Shown one piece after another: positions 16,764 to 24,146 of a stretch of 30,103 nucleotides of DNA. Below the pieces are notes generated by a model. The model ran no database searches and was not told the origin of the DNA. It saw only the letters and a program-made list of their open reading frames with translations. Each line of letters opens with the position of its first letter. Positions within the stretch are counted from its first letter, which is position 1. This DNA comes from a virus (lineage: Duplodnaviria > Caudoviricetes). A program made the position numbers and the translations under genes. The DNA lies in IMG/VR virus record IMGVR_UViG_3300033406_000034, positions 1 to 30,103 of that record. One strand, written 5' to 3'.

Positions 16764-18032
16764 TTACATTCCTGTTTCTTCACTTGTATCGGCCACCGCT
16801 TTCCGGACTTCATCGTAGGGAATTCGAATCCCGTCACGCAGCAAAAAGACGCCGGATGAGTCCCCGACGGCTTCAACAAAACGGTTAACGATGACGTCCG
16901 CAAATTTCTCATCCAGTTCGATGCCGTAGCAAATCCGTCCCGTCTGCTCGCAGGCAATCAGTGTGGAGCCGCTTCCCAGAAAAGGGTCAAGCACAATGCA
17001 ATTGCTCATGCTGGAATTCTGAATCGGGTAAGCCATTAAAGCCACAGGCTTCATTGTTGGATGCTCCTTGGAAGATCTCGGTCGGTCATATTCCCAGACG
17101 GTGGTCTGCTTGCGGTCGGAGTACCACTGATGCCTGCCGCCCTTCTTCCAGCCGAACAGACACGGCTCATGTTGCCATTGGTACGGAGAGCGGCCAAGAA
17201 CCAGCGCGTTTTTCTTCCAGATGCAGCACCCGGAAAGATAAAATCCAGCATCGGCAAAGGCTTTGCGGAAGTTAACCCCCTGGGTGTCTGCGTGGAATAC
17301 ATAGATGGAAGCATCGCTTTCCATGTTCTGCTCCATATTGACGAACGCCGCGAACAGGAACTTGTAAAAGTCCGCATCCGGCATATTGTCGTTTTTAATT
17401 TTCCCGGCGGTTTCCTCCACGTTGACGTTATACGGCGGGTCGGTCACCACCAGATTGGCCTTGCCGCCATTCATGAGGGCAGTATACGTTTCCGGTAAAA
17501 CAGCGTCGCCGCAAATAAGCCGGTGCCTGCCGAGCAGCCATATGTCGCCTTTTTGTGAAATGGTCGGCTTCTTTAAAGCTGCGTCCACATCGAAATCGTC
17601 TTCCTTGATTTCCTTGTTGTGGACCTTTGAGAAAAGCTGCTCGATTTCTGGCGCTTCAAAGCCCGTAAAATCTGTATTGAAATTGGCCGTTTGCAAATCC
17701 ACGATCAGATCGGCAAGAAGCTGTTCATTCCATGCTCCCGTGATTTTATTGAGGGCAATATTGAGAGCCTTGACCTTGTTCTCGTCCCTGATTTCAACGA
17801 CTACTCATTGCACCTCGGTATATCCCATGTCTTTCAGGACAGTCAGCCGTTGGTGTCCGCCGATAACCGTCATGTCGTAGTTCACGATGATGGGTTCCAC
17901 ATAGCCAAATTCCAAAATGGAATTCTTGATCTTCTCGTATTCCTTATCCCCCGCCTTCAGCTTTTTGCGCGGGTTGTATGCCGCCGGGCGAAGATCCTCC
18001 ACCGGCAATGACTGCCATTTCATTTCACTCAT
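16764..18032 (-). pseudogene. ParB-like domain fused to a beta-class amino (N6A/N4C) DNA methyltransferase, interrupted by an in-frame TGA at 17805-17807
   Basis: YNPRK...FGYVEPII...IGGHQR (ParB-like), then YTEVQ*VVVEIRDENKVKALNIALNKITG continuing in frame into TDPPYNV, HPTMKP and VLDPFLGSGST; 423 codons in total. Confidence 0.8.
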
Positions 18033-18507
18033 GCTTTTCCTCCTCATTCCGGGTGGGACTTGCATATGGCTCTCTGCCTTCCTCCTCCCGCCAAAATCTG
18101 TCATGCACATAACATTCATGTCTGCAGTACCTTCTGTTTTTGTTGCCGTATACGGTAAAATGCTGGCCGCAGTAAACGCAGGTCTTTTCATAAAAAGCCG
18201 CTTCCTTTTTACGCGACTCCTCCGGATGGATGGCCCACCATTCCCGCCTGCATTTTTCCGAGCAGAATTTTCGCTTTCGGCCTATCGCCGGCTGCAGGAT
18301 GACTGTACCGCAGCACCCGCAAACGTCGCCTTGCTGCATCTGTTCTTTCAGATTCACAACCACTTCTGTCGCATAACCGTCAAGTCCATGGCTTTTGCAG
18401 TAGTTGCGGACCACATCGCGGGAAAGTCCAAGAGTGGAAGCAATGGCTTTGTAGCCGATTCCTTTCATCCGAAAATTCCGTATCTGTTTTTCCTGGACAC
18501 TCGTCAT
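18025..18507 (-). CDS. HTH plus Cys-rich (zinc-finger) putative DNA-binding protein
   Basis: GYKAIASTLGLSRDVVRNYC is HTH-like; CGCCG, FCSEKCR, CVYCG and YCRHEC clusters. Confidence 0.8.
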   Translation of the reverse strand: MTSVQEKQIRNFRMKGIGYKAIASTLGLSRDVVRNYCKSHGLDGYATEVVVNLKEQMQQGDVCGCCGTVILQPAIGRKRKFCSEKCRREWWAIHPEESRKKEAAFYEKTCVYCGQHFTVYGNKNRRYCRHECYVHDRFWREEEGREPYASPTRNEEEKHE

Positions 18508-18541
18508 TGCTTCACATCCCTTCCGCAAAATCTTTGCATAG

Positions 18542-18587
18542 AAAAAGGCCGCAAAACCTTGCGTTTGAGCAAGTGTTTTACAGCCTT
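18542..18587 (-). terminator. Long hairpin with a short U tract (terminator-like)
   Basis: RNA AAGGCUGUAAAAC-A-CUUGC-UCAAAC-GCAAG-GUUUUGCGGCCUU-UUUC. Confidence 0.45.
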
Positions 18588-18689
18588 AACCGTAACAATT
18601 CCGCGAAACTGCCGATGCATCCGTTGCTAATTTTCATTGGCGTTTTCGCTATTTCTTTCAAAGTTTGCCGGTGTTCCAACGCTCCTCGG

Positions 18690-18782
18690 GTATCCCCCCT
18701 GCCTAATTCTGCGATTTTTCACGCGAAGGGGGGCGGCGGTCTGGGGGGTAAAGGCCGTAGAGATTGGACCCGCCCCTTCCCT
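18690..18782. other. Candidate cos/packaging-initiation region
   Basis: Non-coding stretch rich in G/C runs (minus strand GGGGCGGG...ACCGCCGCCCCC...AGGGGGG) directly downstream of the HNH gene, where cos lies in HK97-like phages. Confidence 0.4.
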
Positions 18783-18811
18783 CGGCTAACAGGCGTTTCT
18801 TCGCGTGATTG

Positions 18812-19165
18812 CTAGTAGTTATATTCCTGATGCTGATCCCTCATCCGAGTTTTCCTGTCGTGGCACTTTTTGCACAGCGGTTGCCAGTTCTTCTCATCCC
18901 AGAACAGCACCGCAGCTCCCCGATGCGGCTTAATATGATCCACAACCGTTGCCGGCGTCAGTTTTCCTGCCCGCTGACACTCTAAGCAAAGAGGATGCTT
19001 TGCCAAGAACTGCTTCCTCGCCTTTTGCCAACGACTGCTGTAGCCGCGCTCAACGGCGTTTGCTCTATCACCAATATGCAGTTTAGCATGCTGGTCGCAG
19101 TAACGATCGTTCGTCAATCGCGGGCAACCGGGATGCTTGCACGGTTTTTGAGGTCTTTTCGGCAT
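18812..19165 (-). CDS. Terminase-associated HNH endonuclease (HK97 gp74-like)
   Basis: PCKHPGC...YCDQH, RGYSSRWQKAR, HPLCLEC, VVDHIKPH, NWQPLCKKCHDRKT. Confidence 0.95.
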   Translation of the reverse strand: MPKRPQKPCKHPGCPRLTNDRYCDQHAKLHIGDRANAVERGYSSRWQKARKQFLAKHPLCLECQRAGKLTPATVVDHIKPHRGAAVLFWDEKNWQPLCKKCHDRKTRMRDQHQEYNY

Positions 19166-19223
19166 AAATGCTATCTCCTTTCATATGTACGGATGCGTGA
19201 AAGGATGAAAGACGCATCCGGCC

Positions 19224-19257
19224 AAAGAAAAAGAGCCTGGAGATCAACCCCAGACTC
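19224..19257 (-). terminator. Intrinsic terminator-like hairpin in the late leader
   Basis: RNA GAGUCUGG-GGUUGAUCU-CCAGGCUC followed by UUUUUCUUU. Confidence 0.6.
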
Positions 19258-19273
19258 GTATGCTTTCCTGGCA

Positions 19274-19324
19274 ATTATAAGTATAGCGCGTACAAAAAGA
19301 AAAAGCAGTACACCTTTAGTACAC
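19274..19324 (-). promoter_or_regulatory. Putative activator-dependent late promoter
   Basis: Direct repeat GTGTACT-N4-GTGTACT (19324-19307, 11-bp period) upstream of TATACT/TATAAT -10-like boxes; no good -35. Confidence 0.55.
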
Positions 19325-19356
19325 TCTTAAAAGTTATTTATCTTCTTGTTACATTA

Positions 19357-20064
19357 CTATTTGTTGGGATATGCTTGAACAATTTGACCATTCAAAAGCT
19401 TACCTCTTTTTTTCTTATTAAATCCACCCCATTGCTTGAAAAAAAACGCAGTTTGTGTTTCAAGGCATAATTCTTGCAGTTCAAAAACCCATTTTTCTTC
19501 CATGGGTCGACTTCCAGCACCAGACTCACCGCCCACAATTAACCAATCTATTTCATTTAAATTAATCATTGAAAGAGATTCTAACAGGGGTTCTGCTGAT
19601 ATAAATTTAATATAGGCATTAGTTCTTTTAAGATCATCACACCTACTAAGTGCGGTTTGATTTTCTACAGTCGCGCCCATCCAAATATTTTTAGTCCAAT
19701 TAATTTTGGGTGCGAGTTCTACAAGACGTCTAGTTCTTTTTGTAAGTATTTGAAAAGTGTGTTTAGAAGCATTATTCATAATATCAAACAACCGAAAAAT
19801 GACATCATCAGGAACATTCTCATGAAATAAGTCGGACATTGAATTGACAAAAACTAATTTAGGCTTCTTCCATTCAAAAGGCTTCTCAAATAAATCTTGA
19901 TGAATGCTTACTTCAAATCCTCTTATATACCTTGGATTACCCATTGCTTGTAATCGACGAGCAAATATTGCTGCATAGCAATGAGTGCACCCTTCTGAAC
20001 ATTTTGAACATCCTGTTATTGGATTCCAAGTTTCTTCTGTCCACTCAATTTTTGATTGTGTCAT
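19357..20064 (-). CDS. DUF5131 (phage Gp37/Gp68) three-Cys radical-SAM-like protein
   Basis: IEWTEETWNPITG-CSKCSEGCTHC-YA (Cx6Cx2C), FVNSMSDLFH, FQILTKR, SAEPLL, IDWLIVGGESG, FFFKQWGG. Confidence 0.92.
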   Translation of the reverse strand: MTQSKIEWTEETWNPITGCSKCSEGCTHCYAAIFARRLQAMGNPRYIRGFEVSIHQDLFEKPFEWKKPKLVFVNSMSDLFHENVPDDVIFRLFDIMNNASKHTFQILTKRTRRLVELAPKINWTKNIWMGATVENQTALSRCDDLKRTNAYIKFISAEPLLESLSMINLNEIDWLIVGGESGAGSRPMEEKWVFELQELCLETQTAFFFKQWGGFNKKKRGKLLNGQIVQAYPNK

Positions 20065-21191
20065 AATTCAACTCCCGACTTAAAAACAGCTATGTTTTTC
20101 CCTTTCGGGAAAGATACTCCATAACTAGATTTTAGTTCATCTTTTATCTCTCGCTTAAAACCATCTGATGGAAAAATTGGATGCCTATCAAGATCCAAAT
20201 AAATATCTTCCAGACTAACAGTACCTCTCCTACTATAATTATCGAAAACATATTTTGCAATATCTTTGACAAAAAAACAACTTTCATCAGTTATTGTATG
20301 AATAGGCGCATTATCATCAAAGCCAAGGCATAATTGATTTTCTATGCCATGAGTGTTTTTTAGTGAAGATTTGCCACCAAATGTTTGCCATGCTACTTTT
20401 TTATACAACTTTAACCCTTCAATGTTGCCGCAACAATGAATCAAATTATAAACTTGTCCATTATTTCTATTAAAGAAGGGGAAAGACGCAATAAAACGTT
20501 CTCGTTTTGATTCAATGGTCTGCTCTTTGATTATATCGACAACTATTTGATCCAGTTTTTTTCTATCACACCCTAACGCTACAATTTCGTCTATACTTTT
20601 TTGATAAGTATCCTGATATTTGGAAATCGCAGAACTCTTTTGTGCTACATGCGAACCACGCACGGTGTCAGAAATTATATGATTGATTATTACCTCGCCC
20701 CATATATTTAAGTATGGAGCAATAGCATTCCAGTCTATATTAGCATTATATGGATCATATACCATAAGAGTATTGAAGAATGAAAAGCGTCCAACATTTA
20801 AGCTGTGTAAAAATTGATTACCGTCGCCAACATTATAGTATGTTTCTACATTCTTACAATTAGCTGAATTTATAAATTCTTTCAATTTCTCCACTCGCGC
20901 CTTATTAATATCGTTGAAATACAGAATTGCTTTCTTACCGGGGTATTGACTGATTATCTCATCAAGAAGTTTAACGACACGTATGGCAGTCCCTTCAATC
21001 AGCTTTCCTTGTTCATCATAGTACATCCCACAATTGCTCATGCAGTCAATATAGATAACGCCTTTAGATTTAGAATAACCTAAGATTTTATGCGCCCAGT
21101 CATAAACATAGCGAGAAATTAACTCAAATTTTTTAATTGTGTGTGGTTTTGCAGTAGTAATAGTATCTAATATATTTGTATTTTTCCCCAT
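20061..21191 (-). CDS. tcmP: Three-Cys-motif partner protein TcmP (Rossmann MTase-like with a C-terminal wHTH-like region)
   Basis: PHTIKKFELISRY---W, YIDCMSNCG-Y, GTA, YFND, GDGN, YDPY; ATGA-coupled to DUF5131; GGAGG RBS before ATG at 21191. Confidence 0.85.
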   Translation of the reverse strand: MGKNTNILDTITTAKPHTIKKFELISRYVYDWAHKILGYSKSKGVIYIDCMSNCGMYYDEQGKLIEGTAIRVVKLLDEIISQYPGKKAILYFNDINKARVEKLKEFINSANCKNVETYYNVGDGNQFLHSLNVGRFSFFNTLMVYDPYNANIDWNAIAPYLNIWGEVIINHIISDTVRGSHVAQKSSAISKYQDTYQKSIDEIVALGCDRKKLDQIVVDIIKEQTIESKRERFIASFPFFNRNNGQVYNLIHCCGNIEGLKLYKKVAWQTFGGKSSLKNTHGIENQLCLGFDDNAPIHTITDESCFFVKDIAKYVFDNYSRRGTVSLEDIYLDLDRHPIFPSDGFKREIKDELKSSYGVSFPKGKNIAVFKSGVEL

Positions 21192-21413
21192 CGTATTTCC
21201 TCCAATTAGATAATCCTTATTATTATCCAAAATTTGATTCCTAAACTGCCGTTAAACTTTATATCTGGCAATCAGTTGATGAAGTTGTAAAATTGATATA
21301 ATACCATCCATTTACAGTTTACGCCCTGTTTTCTTACAATTCAATATTTATTGTTATGAGAAATTCTTTAATATGTGATTTATATATTTTTCAACTTATG
21401 CAACAATTACGAG

Positions 21414-21779
21414 TCAGTTATACTCTTCAAACACCCCGATTTGTATCTGTATCGCCTTTGTGATTTTCTCCATGATTTCAGTGCTCATTATAGTGCCCTT
21501 CTGCTCCAGAAGACGGTCTTTGTCGATGGCTTCCACTTGTTCGGCAAGAGCCAGGCTTCCACAGCTCAATCCAAATCCTGCGGATGCTGGAATATACACA
21601 TGGGTTGGAAGGAACCGCTTCTTATGGACTTTGGATGTCAATGGCACCACCGTGATGACTGGCGAATGCTCATTTGCCTTATTGTTGCTGACAATCACCG
21701 CCGGACGGATTCCGCTCTGTTTTCGCGTATCTATGTTCATTCCGAAATCCACATAATAAACGTCGCCTCTTCTGCACAT
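21414..21779 (-). CDS. mazF: PemK/MazF-family endoribonuclease toxin (orphan)
   Basis: RGDVYYVDF, QSGIRPAVIVSN, VVPLTS, LPTHV, LAEQV-AIDKDRL; GAGGTG RBS. Confidence 0.92.
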   Translation of the reverse strand: MCRRGDVYYVDFGMNIDTRKQSGIRPAVIVSNNKANEHSPVITVVPLTSKVHKKRFLPTHVYIPASAGFGLSCGSLALAEQVEAIDKDRLLEQKGTIMSTEIMEKITKAIQIQIGVFEEYN

Positions 21780-21789
21780 CGCATTCACC

Positions 21790-22281
21790 TCAACTCAACA
21801 TATATTCCGCCATCTCTTTTTCGTGGATGGCGTACAGATTTTTCAGTTCGCGGATTGCCCTCTTGCGGTTCTTCGCCACCATCGTCCGGCTGATATGGTA
21901 TTTGGCGGCAAGGTCATCCCAGGACAGCCCTTTGACCACCATATCCGAAATAAACGCAGGCAAGATGCCGCTCAAAGAAAAAATGGCCGACTCGAAAAAT
22001 ATCAGTTCCTCAACGAGGATGGCATGCTTCTTTTCCAGGTGCGCTTGCCATTCCTTGTTGATTCTGTCCATCTTGTCTTTATAGGAAACGGCGATACGTC
22101 CGGTTTTATCGGAAACACCGCTGGTCTGCACACGCTCTGCGTCCGGCTGGGAAAATTGCAAAGAATCAATCATCTCCTCTTCCGTAATCCCTTGAAAGTT
22201 TCGGATCTGGTTTTCAAGGCAGACCCGCTCCATCACCATCTGCCGGTATTCCTGCATTATTTTTTCCACTCTGCCACTCAT
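21790..22281 (-). CDS. RinA/ArpU-like late transcriptional activator
   Basis: ERVQTSGVSDKTGRIA; C-terminal sigma-4-like HTH LSWDDLAAKYHISRTMVAKNRKRAI; last gene of the replication block. Confidence 0.65.
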   Translation of the reverse strand: MSGRVEKIMQEYRQMVMERVCLENQIRNFQGITEEEMIDSLQFSQPDAERVQTSGVSDKTGRIAVSYKDKMDRINKEWQAHLEKKHAILVEELIFFESAIFSLSGILPAFISDMVVKGLSWDDLAAKYHISRTMVAKNRKRAIRELKNLYAIHEKEMAEYMLS

Positions 22282-23627
22282 GCCGCACCTCCAATCCTGG
22301 CTTTGACCGCTGCAATCAGAGCCGACTGCCGCATATCCTTTGTCTCCAAAGCTTTCATGACATCTTCATCGTGCGTACCGCGGGTGACGATGTGCTGAAT
22401 TACCACCGTATTTTTCTGACCTTGCCGCCAGAGTCTTGCGTTCAGCTGCTGATACAATTCCAATGACCAGGTAAGCCCAAACCACACTACAGTGGAGCCA
22501 CCCTCCTGCAAGTTCAGTCCATGTCCCGCAGATGCCGGATGAATAAGGGCAACGGGAATCTTTCCAGCATTCCAGTCATCAATGTCTTTTTCCGTATCAA
22601 TGGTTCTGACGTCAAACCGCTCGCGGATGCGGGCCAGATCGTGCTTGTACCAGTAAGCCACAAGAAGCGGCTTGCCGTTGGCGGCTTCAATCAAATCTTC
22701 AAGTGCGTCCAGCTTTCTGTCATGAATATAAATGACTTTTTTGTCCTCGCCGTACACTGCGCCGTTTGCCATCTGCAACAGTTTGTTTGAAAGGCCTGCC
22801 GCGTTCACAGCGTCCAGTTCCTCCTCACTGCCGATAGACACACACATCTCTCTTTGGAAATCGTCGTAAAGCCGCCGCTCCCTCTGATTCAGGTCAACCT
22901 CAACGCGATTGCTGATTCTCTCCGGCATATTGAGGAAGTCCACAGCTTTCATGGAAATGCAGATGTCGGAAATCAGTTCATAGATTTTTTCCTCCGAGCC
23001 TTCACGGGGCTTATAAGAATAAATGATTTCACGATTGCGTTTGTCAGGAATGAAGAACCGATCACGATAGCCGCCGATGAAGCGGCCAAGCCTTTGCCCC
23101 ATATCCAGAAGAAACATCTGCGGCCAAAGGTCAAGGAGAGAATTAGGCGCCGGAGTACCGGTAAGGCCGATCACCCTCTGCACCAGGGGGCGGACTTTCT
23201 TTAACGCCTTGAACCGTTGCGCCTGATTGGACTTGAAGCTTGATAGTTCGTCAACCACCACCGTGTCGAAATCCCAGCGATGATTCTCCACAAGCCACGC
23301 CACATTTTCCCTGTTTATGATATACACCGACGCTTTTTTGGCAAGAGCCTCTTCACGCTGCTTTTTGCTGCCCAGAACCAGGGAATAGGAAAGTCCGGTC
23401 AGATGCTCCCACTTTGCCAGCTCCTTCGGCCAGGTATTTTCAGCCACGCGCTTGGGAGCGATGACGAGTATTTTTCCAATGTCGAAACTGTCCAATGCCA
23501 GCAACCACAACGCCGTCAAAGCAATGACACTCTTGCCTAATCCCATATCCAGCATTAGGCAGCATACAGGATGTTCCAGGGTGAAGTTGGTTGCGTATTT
23601 CTGATAATCATGCGGTCTGTATTGCAT
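22278..23627 (-). CDS. SNF2-family helicase/ATPase
   Basis: HDYQ, LDMGLGKS, VVDELS, LTGTP, GHGLNLQ, ARLWRQGQ. Confidence 0.95.
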   Translation of the reverse strand: MQYRPHDYQKYATNFTLEHPVCCLMLDMGLGKSVIALTALWLLALDSFDIGKILVIAPKRVAENTWPKELAKWEHLTGLSYSLVLGSKKQREEALAKKASVYIINRENVAWLVENHRWDFDTVVVDELSSFKSNQAQRFKALKKVRPLVQRVIGLTGTPAPNSLLDLWPQMFLLDMGQRLGRFIGGYRDRFFIPDKRNREIIYSYKPREGSEEKIYELISDICISMKAVDFLNMPERISNRVEVDLNQRERRLYDDFQREMCVSIGSEEELDAVNAAGLSNKLLQMANGAVYGEDKKVIYIHDRKLDALEDLIEAANGKPLLVAYWYKHDLARIRERFDVRTIDTEKDIDDWNAGKIPVALIHPASAGHGLNLQEGGSTVVWFGLTWSLELYQQLNARLWRQGQKNTVVIQHIVTRGTHDEDVMKALETKDMRQSALIAAVKARIGGAA

Positions 23628-23889
23628 CAAGCACACCTCCAATCATTTCTTTGCTATCAATGCAGTAAACCCGAAAACCCAAAGCGGTCAACTGCCTTGC
23701 CCGCAATTCTTGCAAAGGACGCAGGCTCTTGCCTGGAGCCTTCAATTCTACAAAAGCCAAATTGCCACCGGGGAAAAGAACCAGACGGTCCGGCACCCCA
23801 TCAAAACCGGGCGATACGAATTTCACGGCCAGCCCGCCACGCTTTTTTACTTCAGTGACCAGTTTTCGCTCGATAGTACTTTCCCGCAA
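23608..23889 (-). CDS. VRR-NUC domain nuclease
   Basis: ESTIE...GVPDRLV...FVELKAPG...RPLQ. Confidence 0.93.
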   Translation of the reverse strand: MRESTIERKLVTEVKKRGGLAVKFVSPGFDGVPDRLVLFPGGNLAFVELKAPGKSLRPLQELRARQLTALGFRVYCIDSKEMIGGVLDAIQTA

Positions 23890-23909
23890 AATAACCGCTC
23901 CTTTCCATG

Positions 23910-24146
23910 TCTGTGCCTTGAGCCGTGCCTATGTGCTAAAAATCCTATACGCGCGTATACGTACTTGCATGTGCCTATTTCTTCTTATTACCTATATCCA
24001 ATTAATCAATATGTCTTTTTTTAGGCACGGTAAGCACAGAACCCGCAAGGCTCGCTGTTTTTCCGCCTTAGCGGACTGTGCCTGCCGGCGTTCCTTAGAT
24101 TTCCTAGGTTACAACGGCACGTTTCAAAGCTGTGCCAATGTGCCGA
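23910..24146. repeat. Iteron cluster (GTGCC/GGCAC), candidate replication origin
   Basis: GTGCC at 23913, 23925, 23971, 24078, 24132, 24140; GGCAC at 24024, 24116; palindrome TATACGCGCGTATA at 23946-23959; AT-rich core at about 23976-24023. Confidence 0.6.

Noticed and set aside
16709-16957. 82-aa minus-strand ORF bridging the two MTase genes
   Set aside because: No recognisable motif or clear RBS; unlike the 16083-16553 nested ORF, it has no independent support.
17760-17804. Possible SECIS hairpin after the in-frame TGA
   Set aside because: Only a weak, mismatched stem (GUC-G-UUGA...UCAG-G-GAC) can be drawn; insufficient to claim selenocysteine insertion.
21375-21893. 172-aa plus-strand ORF antisense to mazF as a candidate antitoxin
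   Set aside because: No RBS and no antitoxin-like features; most simply a shadow ORF.
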